From the NCBI GenBank assembly GCA_039586365.1, contig JBDHKN010000014.1, positions 1 through 61,461 on the forward strand: 61,461 bases of DNA. Direction: 5' to 3'. Both the position numbers and the translations under genes were made by a program. Source of the stretch: Gemmatimonadota bacterium. Lineage in GTDB: Bacteria > Gemmatimonadota > Gemmatimonadetes > Gemmatimonadales > GWC2-71-9. Under the pieces are notes generated by a model that worked only from the letters and a program-made list of their open reading frames with translations, made no database searches and was not told where the DNA came from. This document shows, piece by piece, positions 47,936 to 58,098 of the stretch (position 1 is the first letter of the stretch; each line of letters starts with the position of its first letter).

Positions 47936-50652
47936 GGATGCCGCAACCAAGGGATCGAGGCAGCATCGGTATTAGACTGCTGCTCCTCGCGCATCCCAGG
48001 TCACTTCGACGCCAATGGGGTGCGGACATTGTGAAGTTCCTGTCCCACCAGCGCCAAGAGCCGCGGTACGAAGATGGAGCTTTCGGCACACTCCGATTCT
48101 ACGGTGACGTGCTCGGTGACATCCTGACGAACGCAGTCAGGCACCGGGCTTCGTTGCTGCGGAGCCTGAGTGGCGGACCCAACCCGCCCCAGAAGCGCTT
48201 CGGCAAGGGGCGGGATGAGTCCGGACGAACGGCCAGTTTCATCGACGGGTCAATCCAGGACCTCCTCTTTGCCAAGCGGACCCTGATCCGATCGCCGCTG
48301 TTCACCCTCGCCGCCGTCGCTACTCTTGCCGTCGGCATCGGTGCGAACGTAGCCATGTTCAGCGTGCTGGATGCAGTACTAATACGCGCCCTTCCCTACC
48401 CGAGCCCCGAGCGACTGGTGTTCGGTCGGGCCACGTTCGACGCAAGGATCAACTCCACTGTCTCCTATCCCGATTACATCGATTACCGGGACCGGAGTGA
48501 CGCGTTCGAGTCGCTGGCCTTGATCCGCTCCGGTCTACAGTGGTTTCCGATCACTGGACTCGCTGAGCCGGAGCGCGTTAGTGGCAACTGGGTCACCGTC
48601 GATTTCTTTCCCACGCTGGGTGTAGATCCACAGCTGGGGCGGCAATTCACCGCCGACGAAGCGGAGCCCGGAGCGCCCGACGCGGTGTTGCTCAGCCACG
48701 GCTACTGGCAGCGTCGGTTTGGAGGCGACCCCGACGCCGTAGGTCGGACGATCTCGGTCGAAGGGTACCCCAGCACAATCGTGGGCGTGATGCCTGCCGA
48801 TTTCCGATTCCGCTACGACGCCGACATCTGGCTACCGATCCGGGAAGGTTACATGGACACCGGTGGAAGAACGTCACACAGCTGGCAGATCGTGGGACGT
48901 GTGCGTTCGGGTGTCTCCATCGATCAGGCCCAGGCACAGGTGGATGTGATCTCTGAGCAGCTGGCGGCGGCATATCCCGAATCGCACCAGAACAAGGGCC
49001 TCCTGCTGACCCGCCTAGACGAGGCACTGGTGGAGGGCTACCGCCCGACTCTGATGTTGCTGATGGTGGCCACTGGCCTCGTATTGCTCATCGCCTGCGG
49101 CAACGTGGCCAACCTGCTGCTTGCCCGCGGCACAACACGTAAGCTTGAGCTCTCCGCACGGGCGGCGCTGGGGGCCTCACGGGGGAGATTGACTCGCCAG
49201 TTCATGACAGAGAGCCTGCTCCTTGCCGTCCTTGCCGGGTGCATCGGTACCGTGCTGGCGCTGTGGCTGCAGTGGCTGATCGTCCTGTTCATGCCGCTCG
49301 AATCACTGGGAATCACCGAGATAGGAATGTCGCTGCCGATGCTGGGATTTGCCCTTGTGGCATCGTTCGCCACGGCTATCGCCTTTGGTGTGGGACCAGC
49401 ACTCACTGCGTCCCAGGCGAATCCAGCGGAGGCTCTGAGCAGCGGGCTGCGGACCTCCGCCCACCGTCGGGCCGCTCGGATGAGGAGTGGCCTCGTGGTT
49501 CTACAAGTCACGCTCACGGCGGTGCTTCTCACCTCGTCAGGGCTTCTTGTACGGAGCTTCGTGCGGCTGCAGGGTGTGGATGTAGGATTCGCTCCCGAAA
49601 ACCTCCTCACTGCGCGGGTACAGATTTCCTCATCAGAGTATGACTCGCCTGCGCGGGCGCGATTCTACCGCGGTCTGCTCCAGCGCATCCGGGCAATCCC
49701 CGGAGTCGAAGCCTCCGCGGCCATCAGCCACATCCCGATCCTGCATCCGTACATGGATTGGTCCGCATGGGATCCCGAGGGCCCATCCCAGGATCGCGAG
49801 GATTGGCTGGCGGTCTATTCGCGCACCGTATTGCCGGGCTATTTCGCGGCGATGGGTATCCCCATGTTGCTGGGTCGCGATCACCGAGACGCAGACGAGG
49901 CAAACCCTCAACCTCTAATGGTGATCAACGAGGCGGCCGCGGAGCGACTCTTTCCCGGTCAGGATCCTGTCGGTCACTTGGTGAACGTCTACAACCACGT
50001 GAGCGATCCGATGCTGGTGCAGATAATCGGGGTGGTCGGTGACGCACGCATAACTTCGCTCGACCTCGCTCCGGCGCCTCAGATGTACTTCAACCACTCG
50101 AGCTCGGCGTGGTCTACAATGAACCTGATCGTGCGAGCATCAGGCAATCCAACGTCGCTGGCAGCACCGATCCGAGCTGCGGTCCTCGAGCTCGACCCTG
50201 ATGTTCCGCTCTCGGACGTGGCCACCATGAGTGAGATCCTCTCCGAGTCCCTCGGCAGGAACCGAGTGGTGAGCATGACGATCGCGCTGTTCGGAGCCGT
50301 GGCGTTGTTGTTGACGGTGATCGGGCTCTATGGAGTGCTCGCTTACTACGTGACCAGGCGTACGCAGGAAATCGGAGTTCGCGTTGCATTCGGCGCTACC
50401 GGCGGTCATGTCATACGGTCGGTCGTGAGCCGCGGACTCACTCTGGTTGTGGGCGGTCTGGCAATCGGACTGCCAGGCTCGGTCGGCGTAACGCGTCTAC
50501 TTCAGTCGCAGCTCTACGAAGTGGCACCAACCGATCTCCTCACCTTGACCGGCGTGGTCACGTGCTTACTGCTGGTTGGTACGCTGGCATGTGTCGTTCC
50601 AGCTCGGCGGGCACTCAGTATCGACCCGGTGGTCGCGCTGAGGGCCGAGTAG
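47932..50652 (+). CDS. Duplicated MacB/FtsX orphan ABC permease (ADOP-like)
   Basis: VGIGANVAMFS, IACGNVANLLLAR, EIGVRVAFGA, ends IDPVVALRAE; ATGA overlap with PadR. Confidence 0.93.
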   Translation: MRMPQPRDRGSIGIRLLLLAHPRSLRRQWGADIVKFLSHQRQEPRYEDGAFGTLRFYGDVLGDILTNAVRHRASLLRSLSGGPNPPQKRFGKGRDESGRTASFIDGSIQDLLFAKRTLIRSPLFTLAAVATLAVGIGANVAMFSVLDAVLIRALPYPSPERLVFGRATFDARINSTVSYPDYIDYRDRSDAFESLALIRSGLQWFPITGLAEPERVSGNWVTVDFFPTLGVDPQLGRQFTADEAEPGAPDAVLLSHGYWQRRFGGDPDAVGRTISVEGYPSTIVGVMPADFRFRYDADIWLPIREGYMDTGGRTSHSWQIVGRVRSGVSIDQAQAQVDVISEQLAAAYPESHQNKGLLLTRLDEALVEGYRPTLMLLMVATGLVLLIACGNVANLLLARGTTRKLELSARAALGASRGRLTRQFMTESLLLAVLAGCIGTVLALWLQWLIVLFMPLESLGITEIGMSLPMLGFALVASFATAIAFGVGPALTASQANPAEALSSGLRTSAHRRAARMRSGLVVLQVTLTAVLLTSSGLLVRSFVRLQGVDVGFAPENLLTARVQISSSEYDSPARARFYRGLLQRIRAIPGVEASAAISHIPILHPYMDWSAWDPEGPSQDREDWLAVYSRTVLPGYFAAMGIPMLLGRDHRDADEANPQPLMVINEAAAERLFPGQDPVGHLVNVYNHVSDPMLVQIIGVVGDARITSLDLAPAPQMYFNHSSSAWSTMNLIVRASGNPTSLAAPIRAAVLELDPDVPLSDVATMSEILSESLGRNRVVSMTIALFGAVALLLTVIGLYGVLAYYVTRRTQEIGVRVAFGATGGHVIRSVVSRGLTLVVGGLAIGLPGSVGVTRLLQSQLYEVAPTDLLTLTGVVTCLLLVGTLACVVPARRALSIDPVVALRAE

Positions 50653-50792
50653 GATAGTGGAGGATGAGGATAGAGCAAGGGATCGTGAGTAACGGAGCAC
50701 CAGCGAAGCCTCCCCGATCCCGCTGACTCCGGGCGGAAACGAAAGTGCCGCTGTCTTGACTCTCACCTGATTCCCCATGATTACCGTGGGGT

Positions 50793-51350
50793 ATGCCGAC
50801 AGTAGCCGTGGACGCGGGATGCGAGACGGCTGGAGCGTGGCGCCATTTTCGGGCATGGTTGCTCGTTTGCGCAGCTGTAGCTGTGAACGCGGCGTGCTCT
50901 CAGCTCTTGTGGGACGATCGCTGCGGCGTGGAATCACGGACCGTAGTCGTCAGCGCGCGCTTCGCCGAGCCCGGAAACCTGGAAGCCGGATACGTACAAC
51001 TCGATCTGTTGGAACGCGACCGCGACAACCCGGAGCGCACCATCTGGTGGATCTTGCTGAGTGCAAGCCTGAAAGGGCACATTCTCGAGGCACGGCTGCT
51101 GGAGACCCCCGGAACTTCACAGCCGACTCTGCTCTTCGAGATTCCGGCCGACACGGGTATCGGCGACGAGGCCCTGCGAGGCCAGCCACAGCCGTATCAG
51201 TTCCCCACTGCGTTCGAGGAGCTGTTCGGGCTGTTACTCAGAAACAGAGTGGCACTGGAGCTTGTGACCGATCTACCGGAGCGGGAACTGCTGCGTGAGA
51301 CCCTCTACCTGGGCTACCACCAGGATTGGAGTCAGGCGCATTGCAGTTGA
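50793..51350 (+). CDS. Hypothetical lipoprotein, possibly CHRD-like
   Basis: Hydrophobic segment ending NAAC; protein-like composition; start uncertain. Confidence 0.6.
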   Translation: MPTVAVDAGCETAGAWRHFRAWLLVCAAVAVNAACSQLLWDDRCGVESRTVVVSARFAEPGNLEAGYVQLDLLERDRDNPERTIWWILLSASLKGHILEARLLETPGTSQPTLLFEIPADTGIGDEALRGQPQPYQFPTAFEELFGLLLRNRVALELVTDLPERELLRETLYLGYHQDWSQAHCS

Positions 51351-51502
51351 GGGGCGGTTGGTAGGGCGGCCGGGCGGCACGCAGCAGTGTGCCGTGATCA
51401 ACCCATTCTTGCGCCGGAGACGCCGCGCTCGCCTTGCTCGCCAGGCCGCAGTGCTCAAGCGATGAGCATCGTCCCTGGTTGCCTGCCGGCTCGGATCAGC
51501 CA

Positions 51503-51541
51503 TCAACTATAGTTGACGGCCGCATTAACAATAGTTAATAT
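51503..51541 (+). promoter_or_regulatory. Sigma70 promoter with two AAC-N4-GTT palindromes, likely leaderless mRNA
   Basis: TCAACTATAGTTGA and ATTAACAATAGTTAAT; TTGACG (51513)-N17-TAATAT (51536); ATG follows 6 nt later with no RBS. Confidence 0.8.
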
Positions 51542-51547
51542 GCCCGT

Positions 51548-51919
51548 ATGCTGCTTGAACTCGGAAAAGAACTCAGCACAGCGCGGGAAACCAAGGGCGT
51601 GTCGCTCGAAGCAGTGGCGCAACCGGCCGAGATCTCGGCGGCGTATCTGCACAAGCTCGAGCGTGGCACGGTCAACAGCCCTTCGCCGCGGGTCCTTGCT
51701 CGGATCGCGCGGGCCCTGGAGGTTCCCTACCTTCGTCTGATGGAACTAGCTGGGTATCTCGCTGAGACTCAGCTGGCAGAGGCTCGCATGCGTGAGTCGT
51801 CTCCGGCACCCCACCCACTTGCCCACCAGCAGTTGACTCCCGAGGAATGGCGTGCGGTCGGTGCCTTCATCAAGAGCCTGGTTGCCCAGAGAGACCCGAA
51901 AGGGGCCGAACCCGCCTAG
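51548..51919 (+). CDS. XRE-family HTH transcriptional regulator
   Basis: SLEAVA...ISAAYLHKLERG...PSPRVLARIARAL.V....LMELAGY. Confidence 0.92.
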   Translation: MLLELGKELSTARETKGVSLEAVAQPAEISAAYLHKLERGTVNSPSPRVLARIARALEVPYLRLMELAGYLAETQLAEARMRESSPAPHPLAHQQLTPEEWRAVGAFIKSLVAQRDPKGAEPA

Positions 51920-52279
51920 GGCCTCTCATACATAGCCGGACCATCACAGATTCGTCCGCTCCACGTCAGTTGATCCTAGCTCAGCGGTTTGGACTGCCCG
52001 GACGGCAGAGGTGTTGGGTGCCGCGGTACAATCTCGCCCGGGGCGACCGTCACCGGGTCCTATCAGTGAATCATGAAGACCGTTGGGCTCGAGAACCGCC
52101 CGCCGGGCGGCGAATTCTGACCACTCAGCCGTAATTGATTGGCAAATAATGACTTAGAATCGCCTGCGCGACCCTGCGATCGGTCTGCACGTCGTGTCGA
52201 GTCGTCGATTCGTGGCTTCGAGTCGCCTACCTGACGGAACTTGGGGCTGATTTTCGGGGCGGGTAGATCATGCGACCTC

Positions 52280-52447
52280 ACGACGGCCTCCCTGCACAGG
52301 TCGAATCACCTGTTCCACGCCGCGAGGCACCTATTCGAGCCCGCGAGGCGGCCGCGCGTGGTGTCGAGTAGGTCATTCGAAGCATCGACTCGGCGAGTCG
52401 AACTTACGACCAGGCGGCTAGCAGCTTCGTCCAGCGGACTCGCCCCG
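52280..52447. repeat. Degenerate 21-bp period array, 8 units
   Basis: Units start with NCGA at 52280, 52301, 52322, 52343, 52364, 52385, 52406 and TCGT at 52427. Confidence 0.6.
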
Positions 52448-52674
52448 CGCCAATGCTGGCAAGTGTATGCCAGCTTGGCGCAACACGTCTTGGTTGATTC
52501 GAAGGTGGGTTTTCTCAGAATGATCTGAGACGCCGCTTGCATCCTCTCGCTTCTCAGCAAGGGACCAACCCCTTTGGTATAACCAGGGGTCGCGGTGCGT
52601 TTCATGTCTGGGCGGGCGACGACCGTATCGCCGGCCCCGGTGCATCAGTCACCCCCCACATAGGAGCTGGCGAC

Positions 52675-55017
52675 ATGGTGTTGTTGGGCGGCACGCTCCC
52701 GCTGATCCTCTCCGCGAGCCTTCTCCTCCACGCTCCATCGCATTCTTCGGTCCGTCAGTCGGGAACCCTCGTGGGTCGAGTCCTGGCCGTGCCGGACAGC
52801 CAGCCGGTGGCCGACGCAATGGTGCGGGTGGACGGTCGCTCTGATACTGAGTCCGTGGATGGGCGAGGACGGTTTGCACTCACGCTGCCCCCCGGCGTAT
52901 ACGGACTCAGGGTAGCGGCCTTTGGCTTCGTCCCGGCCGAGCTGAGCGACGTCCGCGTGTCCCTGGGCGACACATCACGAGTGACCGTTCTGCTGCAGCG
53001 CCAGCCGTTCGAGTTGGCCACGGTCGTGGTTTCGCCCAGTGCGTTTGGGATCACGGAAGAGGCGGCCGTCTCGGCCCAGACCCTCACCCGGCGAGAGGTA
53101 GAGGCCAGCCCTCATATGGGCGCCGATCTCTTCCGCGCCATGAACCGGCTCCCCGGTATCGCTACCCACGACGTCTCAGCCAAGCTCCGGGTGCGGGGTG
53201 GGCCCGACGACCAGGTGCTCACCCTGCTGGACGGTCTCGAGCTCTACGAGCCCTACCACATGAAGTACTGGGACGGCAGCCTGAGCGTGGTGGACCCCGA
53301 TGCGGTGGGCAACGTGGAGCTGCTCACCGGAGGCTTCTCCGCGGAATACGGCGATCGGCTCACCGGTGTGTTGTCCATGCGGAGCGTGACACCAGCGCCG
53401 CAGCTAGAGACTGCCCTGGGCGTGAGCACCACCAACGCGACCCTGCAGAGCTCGGGGGGATTTGCCGCTGGCAGGGGAAGATGGCTGCTCCTCGCACGGC
53501 GGGGATTCCTCAAGTACGTCTTTGCCGTCACCGGAGTTAACGACGGCGGGGACCTGGAACCGAACTACTATGACGTCTTCGCGAAGACCCGGTTCGAGCT
53601 GGTGCCGGGCCACATTCTCACGGTACACCTGCTCCACACGGGTGAGAACCTGCGGGCGGTGGAGGAAGACAGCACTCTCATCGACGGGAAGTACGGGAGC
53701 AGCTACGGGTGGCTGACCTGGAATGCCTCTCTAGGGCCGGCCCTCTCGGCAGAGACCATCCTATCGACCGGTGGTGTCATGGGGGACCGCGACGGCGAGG
53801 ACGATGAGGGCGGGGGTGTTAGCCTCACGGTCAGGGAGCAGCGCACCCTGAGCTTCTCCGGCATCTCCCAGAATTGGAGCTATCAGCCCACTCCGGCGCT
53901 GCTGTTACGCTGGGGCGGAGGTTTCAAGGGGGGAGCGGCGGAGTACAGCTACTTCCGCCGCGGCACGTCCTATCGTCCCAACCTCGAGGATTACACCGGC
54001 TACCCCTATAGCCTGGAGCTGGACCGCGTGGGCGTCACCGCGAATCCCTCGGGGAACGAGGCGTCGCTGTATCTATCTGGCCGGGCTCGAGTGCTGGCCT
54101 CTCTCACCACGGAGGTCGGCGTCCGCTACGACGACATCTCGTACACCGGTGACCGGAGCCTGTCGCCCCGGGTGGCCCTGGCGCTTGAACTCGACCCACG
54201 AACGACCATCCGGGGCGCCTGGGGGCACTACTACCAGTCCCAAGGGCTCCACGAGCTCGCCGCAGCCCACGAGGACCTGACCTTCTATCCGGCCGCCCGA
54301 GCGGAGCACCGGATTATCGGCCTGGAGCACCGGCGCCCGGGCGGCACCACCTTCCGCCTGGAAGCTTACCAGCGCCTCGTCCGGGACCCGCGCCCAGAGT
54401 ACCGCAATCTCGTACCGGAGGTGGAGGGACTCTGGGAAGAGAGCCTATCCGATATGGTTCGCGTCGCGCCGAGCCGGGCGCGCTCACGGGGTATCGAAAT
54501 CTTGGGGAAGGGGCGGTTCGGAGAGCGGTTGGCATGGTCCGGCAGCTATGCGCTGGCGATTTCGGAGGAGGAAATCGACGGGAGCTGGGTCCCCCGGCCC
54601 ATGGACCAGCGCCATACTCTCACCGCGGAGCTGGCCGTCCGGCCTACCCCCACTTGGTCCGTGAGCTGGGCCTGGAGCTACCACTCCCCGTGGCCGTACA
54701 CCCGGAAGTCATTCACCCTGGTTCCGGTAATGAACGGCTCGGGCGAGAGCGTCTTCCAACCGTCCTTCGGCCCGCTCTACCATGAGAGGATGCCCACCTA
54801 CCACCGGCTGGACACTCGCCTGACAAAGCGGTTCGACCTCAGACGGGGCTCGCTCTTCGTGTACCTCGATGTCTTCAACGCCCTCAATCGGGAGAACCCC
54901 TTGGCCGTGCATACGAACGCCTTCTGGAACCCGAACCTGCAACAGCCTGAGTACCTGGACCGCGTCGAAGCACAGCTCGGCGTGCTGCCGACCCTCGGGC
55001 TCCGCTGGGAGTTCTGA
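52675..55017 (+). CDS. TonB-dependent receptor with N-terminal carboxypeptidase-regulatory-like domain
   Basis: LPGI...VRGG.....LLDG plug, GGFSAEYG, barrel strands, C-terminal LRWEF; ATG 52675 after AGGAG. Confidence 0.92.
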   Translation: MVLLGGTLPLILSASLLLHAPSHSSVRQSGTLVGRVLAVPDSQPVADAMVRVDGRSDTESVDGRGRFALTLPPGVYGLRVAAFGFVPAELSDVRVSLGDTSRVTVLLQRQPFELATVVVSPSAFGITEEAAVSAQTLTRREVEASPHMGADLFRAMNRLPGIATHDVSAKLRVRGGPDDQVLTLLDGLELYEPYHMKYWDGSLSVVDPDAVGNVELLTGGFSAEYGDRLTGVLSMRSVTPAPQLETALGVSTTNATLQSSGGFAAGRGRWLLLARRGFLKYVFAVTGVNDGGDLEPNYYDVFAKTRFELVPGHILTVHLLHTGENLRAVEEDSTLIDGKYGSSYGWLTWNASLGPALSAETILSTGGVMGDRDGEDDEGGGVSLTVREQRTLSFSGISQNWSYQPTPALLLRWGGGFKGGAAEYSYFRRGTSYRPNLEDYTGYPYSLELDRVGVTANPSGNEASLYLSGRARVLASLTTEVGVRYDDISYTGDRSLSPRVALALELDPRTTIRGAWGHYYQSQGLHELAAAHEDLTFYPAARAEHRIIGLEHRRPGGTTFRLEAYQRLVRDPRPEYRNLVPEVEGLWEESLSDMVRVAPSRARSRGIEILGKGRFGERLAWSGSYALAISEEEIDGSWVPRPMDQRHTLTAELAVRPTPTWSVSWAWSYHSPWPYTRKSFTLVPVMNGSGESVFQPSFGPLYHERMPTYHRLDTRLTKRFDLRRGSLFVYLDVFNALNRENPLAVHTNAFWNPNLQQPEYLDRVEAQLGVLPTLGLRWEF

Positions 55018-55019
55018 CC

Positions 55020-56471
55020 ATGGCACACTCGACGGAGGAACGGAGAGAACGGGGTCGGCGCGGCACCCGACTCCGGGCTACGACCCTCGTCCTGGCACTC
55101 CTCCTCGCGGGATCTATCGGCGGATGTCACGACGCCTTCGCCCCGATCCCCGAGGCCACGGACCTCCTCGACCGTCTGAACGAGCTGCCGGGGGTCACGG
55201 CATGGGAGGTTCCGTCTTCCGTAGGATTCGGTCGGGCCTTCGAGCTGGACATAGTGCAACCGCTGGATCATCAGGATCCGGACGGCCGCAGCTTCGTCCA
55301 ACGGGCGTACCTCACCCACACCAACGAGTCCGATCTCATGGTGTTCGCGCCCGGCGGCTACGCTGCGAACTGGAGATCGAGCCAGGAGCTTGGGGTCATC
55401 CTGCGCGCGAACACACTGAACGTCACCCACCGCTTCTTCATCGACTCGGAGCCCAATCCGATGGAATGGCGGTATCTAAACGTTCGCCAGTCCGCCGCTG
55501 ACCACCATAGGATCGTGACCCTGCTCAAGCAGATCTACTCCGGGCAGTGGCTCAGCTCTGGGGCCAGCAAGTCCGGGGAAACCGTGCTGTTCCACCGCCG
55601 GTTCTATCCCGGCGATGTGGCTGCTTCGGTGGCCTACGTAGCGCCGCTGCTCTTCTCCGCCGAGGATCCCCGGTTCCAGCCCTTCCTCGAGTCGATCGGA
55701 ACCCCTGAGGATCGGGCGGCCATCCGCAGCTTCCAGCGCAGGCTGCTCCTCGCCCGCGACAGCCTGCTCGGGCAGTTTGAGGCATGGTACGAGGCCAACG
55801 GTTATACCCTTTCCCTCCCGGTGGGGCCGACCTTCGAGGGCGAGGTGATGAGCTACGACTGGTCGTTCTGGCAGTACACGCGCAAGACGATCGCCGACAT
55901 CCCGGGGCCCGAGGCGAGCTACGACGAAATGCTGGACAACCTAGCGGTGGTGAGCGGCATCGGGGGCTCAGCGGACCGGAACCGGTACTACTACCGGCCC
56001 TACGTGTACCAGGCATACACCGAGATCGGCTATCCCGCGCGGGACCACTCCCACTTGGCGGACCTGCTGGTCTACGAACCCCTCTCCCTTCGGGAGGAGT
56101 ACGACATCCCGCTTGAAGTGCCGCTGGAGTACCGGCCGGAGGTGATCCCCGACATCCTCCAGTGGGTCCAAACCGAGGGAAACAACATCATCTTCATCTA
56201 CGGGGGTGCCGACCCCTGGACCGGCGGAGCCATCGAGCTGACCGGCCAGACCAACGCCCTGAAGATCACCAAGCCGGGTGCCAACCACCGCGTGCGCATC
56301 GCAGAACTCGCCGAGCGTGAGGTGGTATTGGCGACACTCGGCCAGTGGCTGGGATTGGACCTGAATGCGCGGGTTTCCTGGCCGGCCCCCGCAGCGACAT
56401 TTGACAGCCCGAGGGCGGAGGATCTCTTCGTGATCCAGCCGCCCGGGGGAGGTTTGAGGCTGGGCAGGTAA
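55020..56471 (+). CDS. S28/S37-type serine aminopeptidase, lipoprotein
   Basis: QPLDH, HRFF..S.P, SAADHHRIV, SGASKSG, YG..DPW, GANH; IGGC lipobox. Confidence 0.88.
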   Translation: MAHSTEERRERGRRGTRLRATTLVLALLLAGSIGGCHDAFAPIPEATDLLDRLNELPGVTAWEVPSSVGFGRAFELDIVQPLDHQDPDGRSFVQRAYLTHTNESDLMVFAPGGYAANWRSSQELGVILRANTLNVTHRFFIDSEPNPMEWRYLNVRQSAADHHRIVTLLKQIYSGQWLSSGASKSGETVLFHRRFYPGDVAASVAYVAPLLFSAEDPRFQPFLESIGTPEDRAAIRSFQRRLLLARDSLLGQFEAWYEANGYTLSLPVGPTFEGEVMSYDWSFWQYTRKTIADIPGPEASYDEMLDNLAVVSGIGGSADRNRYYYRPYVYQAYTEIGYPARDHSHLADLLVYEPLSLREEYDIPLEVPLEYRPEVIPDILQWVQTEGNNIIFIYGGADPWTGGAIELTGQTNALKITKPGANHRVRIAELAEREVVLATLGQWLGLDLNARVSWPAPAATFDSPRAEDLFVIQPPGGGLRLGR

Positions 56472-56702
56472 GGCAACCTCGGCACGACGAACAGCGACCC
56501 GAGATCAGGCGCCGAAACGCATGAGAATGACGCCAACGCCCTGTTGAACCGCCTCAACCGACGGTTCTGACTTCCCGCAAGCGGACTCCACCCTCCCCCA
56601 TACCCTCACGTGCCACACCATCACCGGCTTGGGTGGCGCCAAACTCAATCCTGCTGCAGTATCATGCGGTCAAACGGTACGTCACCAGGGAGAGGACATC
56701 AC

Positions 56703-57368
56703 GTGATCCAGGCGGTGATCTTCGATATGGACGGCTTGCTCGTGGACAGCGAGCCAGTGTGGTTCGAGGCGCGGCGCGAGCTGCTGGCACGGTTCGGGAA
56801 GCAGTGGACCGAGTCGGACCAGGAGCGGTTGATGGGCGTCAGCACATCGGTCTGGGTCGATTACGTCACGGAGAAACTCGACGGGGCCATGCCTCGGGAT
56901 GAAGTGTTGCACGGCGTTGTGGGAATCATGGCCGCTGCCTACCGGCGGGGCGACGTCCCGCTGTTGCCTGGCGCGAGCCAGGCATTGGGATACTGCGTCG
57001 GCAAGTACCGCGTCGGATTGGCTTCTGGCTCACCCAGACTGCTGATAGATGCGGCGCTCTCTGGTGCCGCTTGGCACGGCTATTTCGAGGAGGTCGTATC
57101 GAGCGATGAATGTTCGCGCGGCAAACCGGCGCCCGACGTCTATCTCGCGATCATGAGTCGTATGGGTCTCAATCCGGATACAACTGCGGTGGTGGAGGAC
57201 TCTCCGGCCGGCATCCTCGCAGGCAAGGCAGCCGGTGCACAGGTCATTGCCGTTCCCCGGGGCTACACCTCACCTGACGACCCGGCGGTGGCGGAGGCCG
57301 ACGTCCAACTGGCATCGCTGGACGAGTTTCCGAGTGTGCTCGCAGAACTCGACACGCCGACTGCCTAG
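56703..57368 (+). CDS. HAD family phosphatase (subfamily IA)
   Basis: FDMDGLLVDSE, GKPAPDVY, VEDS..G; GTG start after GAGGA. Confidence 0.93.
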   Translation: MIQAVIFDMDGLLVDSEPVWFEARRELLARFGKQWTESDQERLMGVSTSVWVDYVTEKLDGAMPRDEVLHGVVGIMAAAYRRGDVPLLPGASQALGYCVGKYRVGLASGSPRLLIDAALSGAAWHGYFEEVVSSDECSRGKPAPDVYLAIMSRMGLNPDTTAVVEDSPAGILAGKAAGAQVIAVPRGYTSPDDPAVAEADVQLASLDEFPSVLAELDTPTA

Positions 57369-57454
57369 CTCAGGCCGAAGGCCACAGGCGTCAGCGGCTT
57401 CCGAGTCTGTTTGCCTCCAGAGGATTGATTGCTGCTGCGCGGCCGGCTCCGCGC

Positions 57455-58048
57455 CTACGACGCGTCGGGAGCGTAGTAGGGATTCGCACCCGATGCGTGG
57501 TCAGTGACGTCCCTGACTCCTTTTAGCCCTGGGATGGCCCGCCTGAGCGTTGCCTCCACACCCTGCCGCAGCGTCACGGCCGCCATGCCACACCCATGAC
57601 AACCGCCCATGAGGCGGACTATTACAGTGGCGTCCTGCACATCGATTAACTCGATCTTGCCCCCATGCTGCGCCACCACCGGATTCACCTGAGTGCGGAA
57701 CACCTCCTCCACGACGCCGTATATGGCATCGTCATCCGCTGGCTCCGGCCCCGGAGTCGCTGACTCCTCCTGACGAGCGGCACCGGTATTGACGGCGTAG
57801 CGTACCTGGGGTTCGAACACGCTCCACGGCACGTCCGGATCCGATTTCACAACCGTGAGAACATTGCCAGAAACAATCACTTGGTCTATTCCGCTGATGC
57901 CCAGCACGTCCTGAGCGACCGGTGAGTCGGCAGCATCGTCCTGCGTGGTGTACACGGTGACACCCGGTTTCTCAACCGGACGGCTCAGGATGAACTTGCA
58001 GCGGACATCGTCGACGGGCTCTGCCGTCAAGTCAATAGGAGTAGCCAT
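57455..58048 (-). CDS. NifU/NfuA-family Fe-S cluster carrier
   Basis: Nfu N-terminal domain plus HGG.I.L...GGCHGCG...TLRQGVE...DVTDH.SG.NPYY. Confidence 0.92.
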   Translation of the reverse strand: MATPIDLTAEPVDDVRCKFILSRPVEKPGVTVYTTQDDAADSPVAQDVLGISGIDQVIVSGNVLTVVKSDPDVPWSVFEPQVRYAVNTGAARQEESATPGPEPADDDAIYGVVEEVFRTQVNPVVAQHGGKIELIDVQDATVIVRLMGGCHGCGMAAVTLRQGVEATLRRAIPGLKGVRDVTDHASGANPYYAPDAS

Positions 58049-58098
58049 ATATCAATGTACCTCCTGCCGGGAGCCGGGGCAGCGCGGGGCAATGCCCG

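Noticed and set aside
50777..51298. Alternative 173-aa ORF overlapping 50793..51350
   Set aside because: R/G/S-rich off-frame composition; the other frame has a lipobox and normal composition.
52073..52120. MKTVGLENR, resembling a Phd/YefM antitoxin start
   Set aside because: Only about 9 codons of similarity, too short to support.
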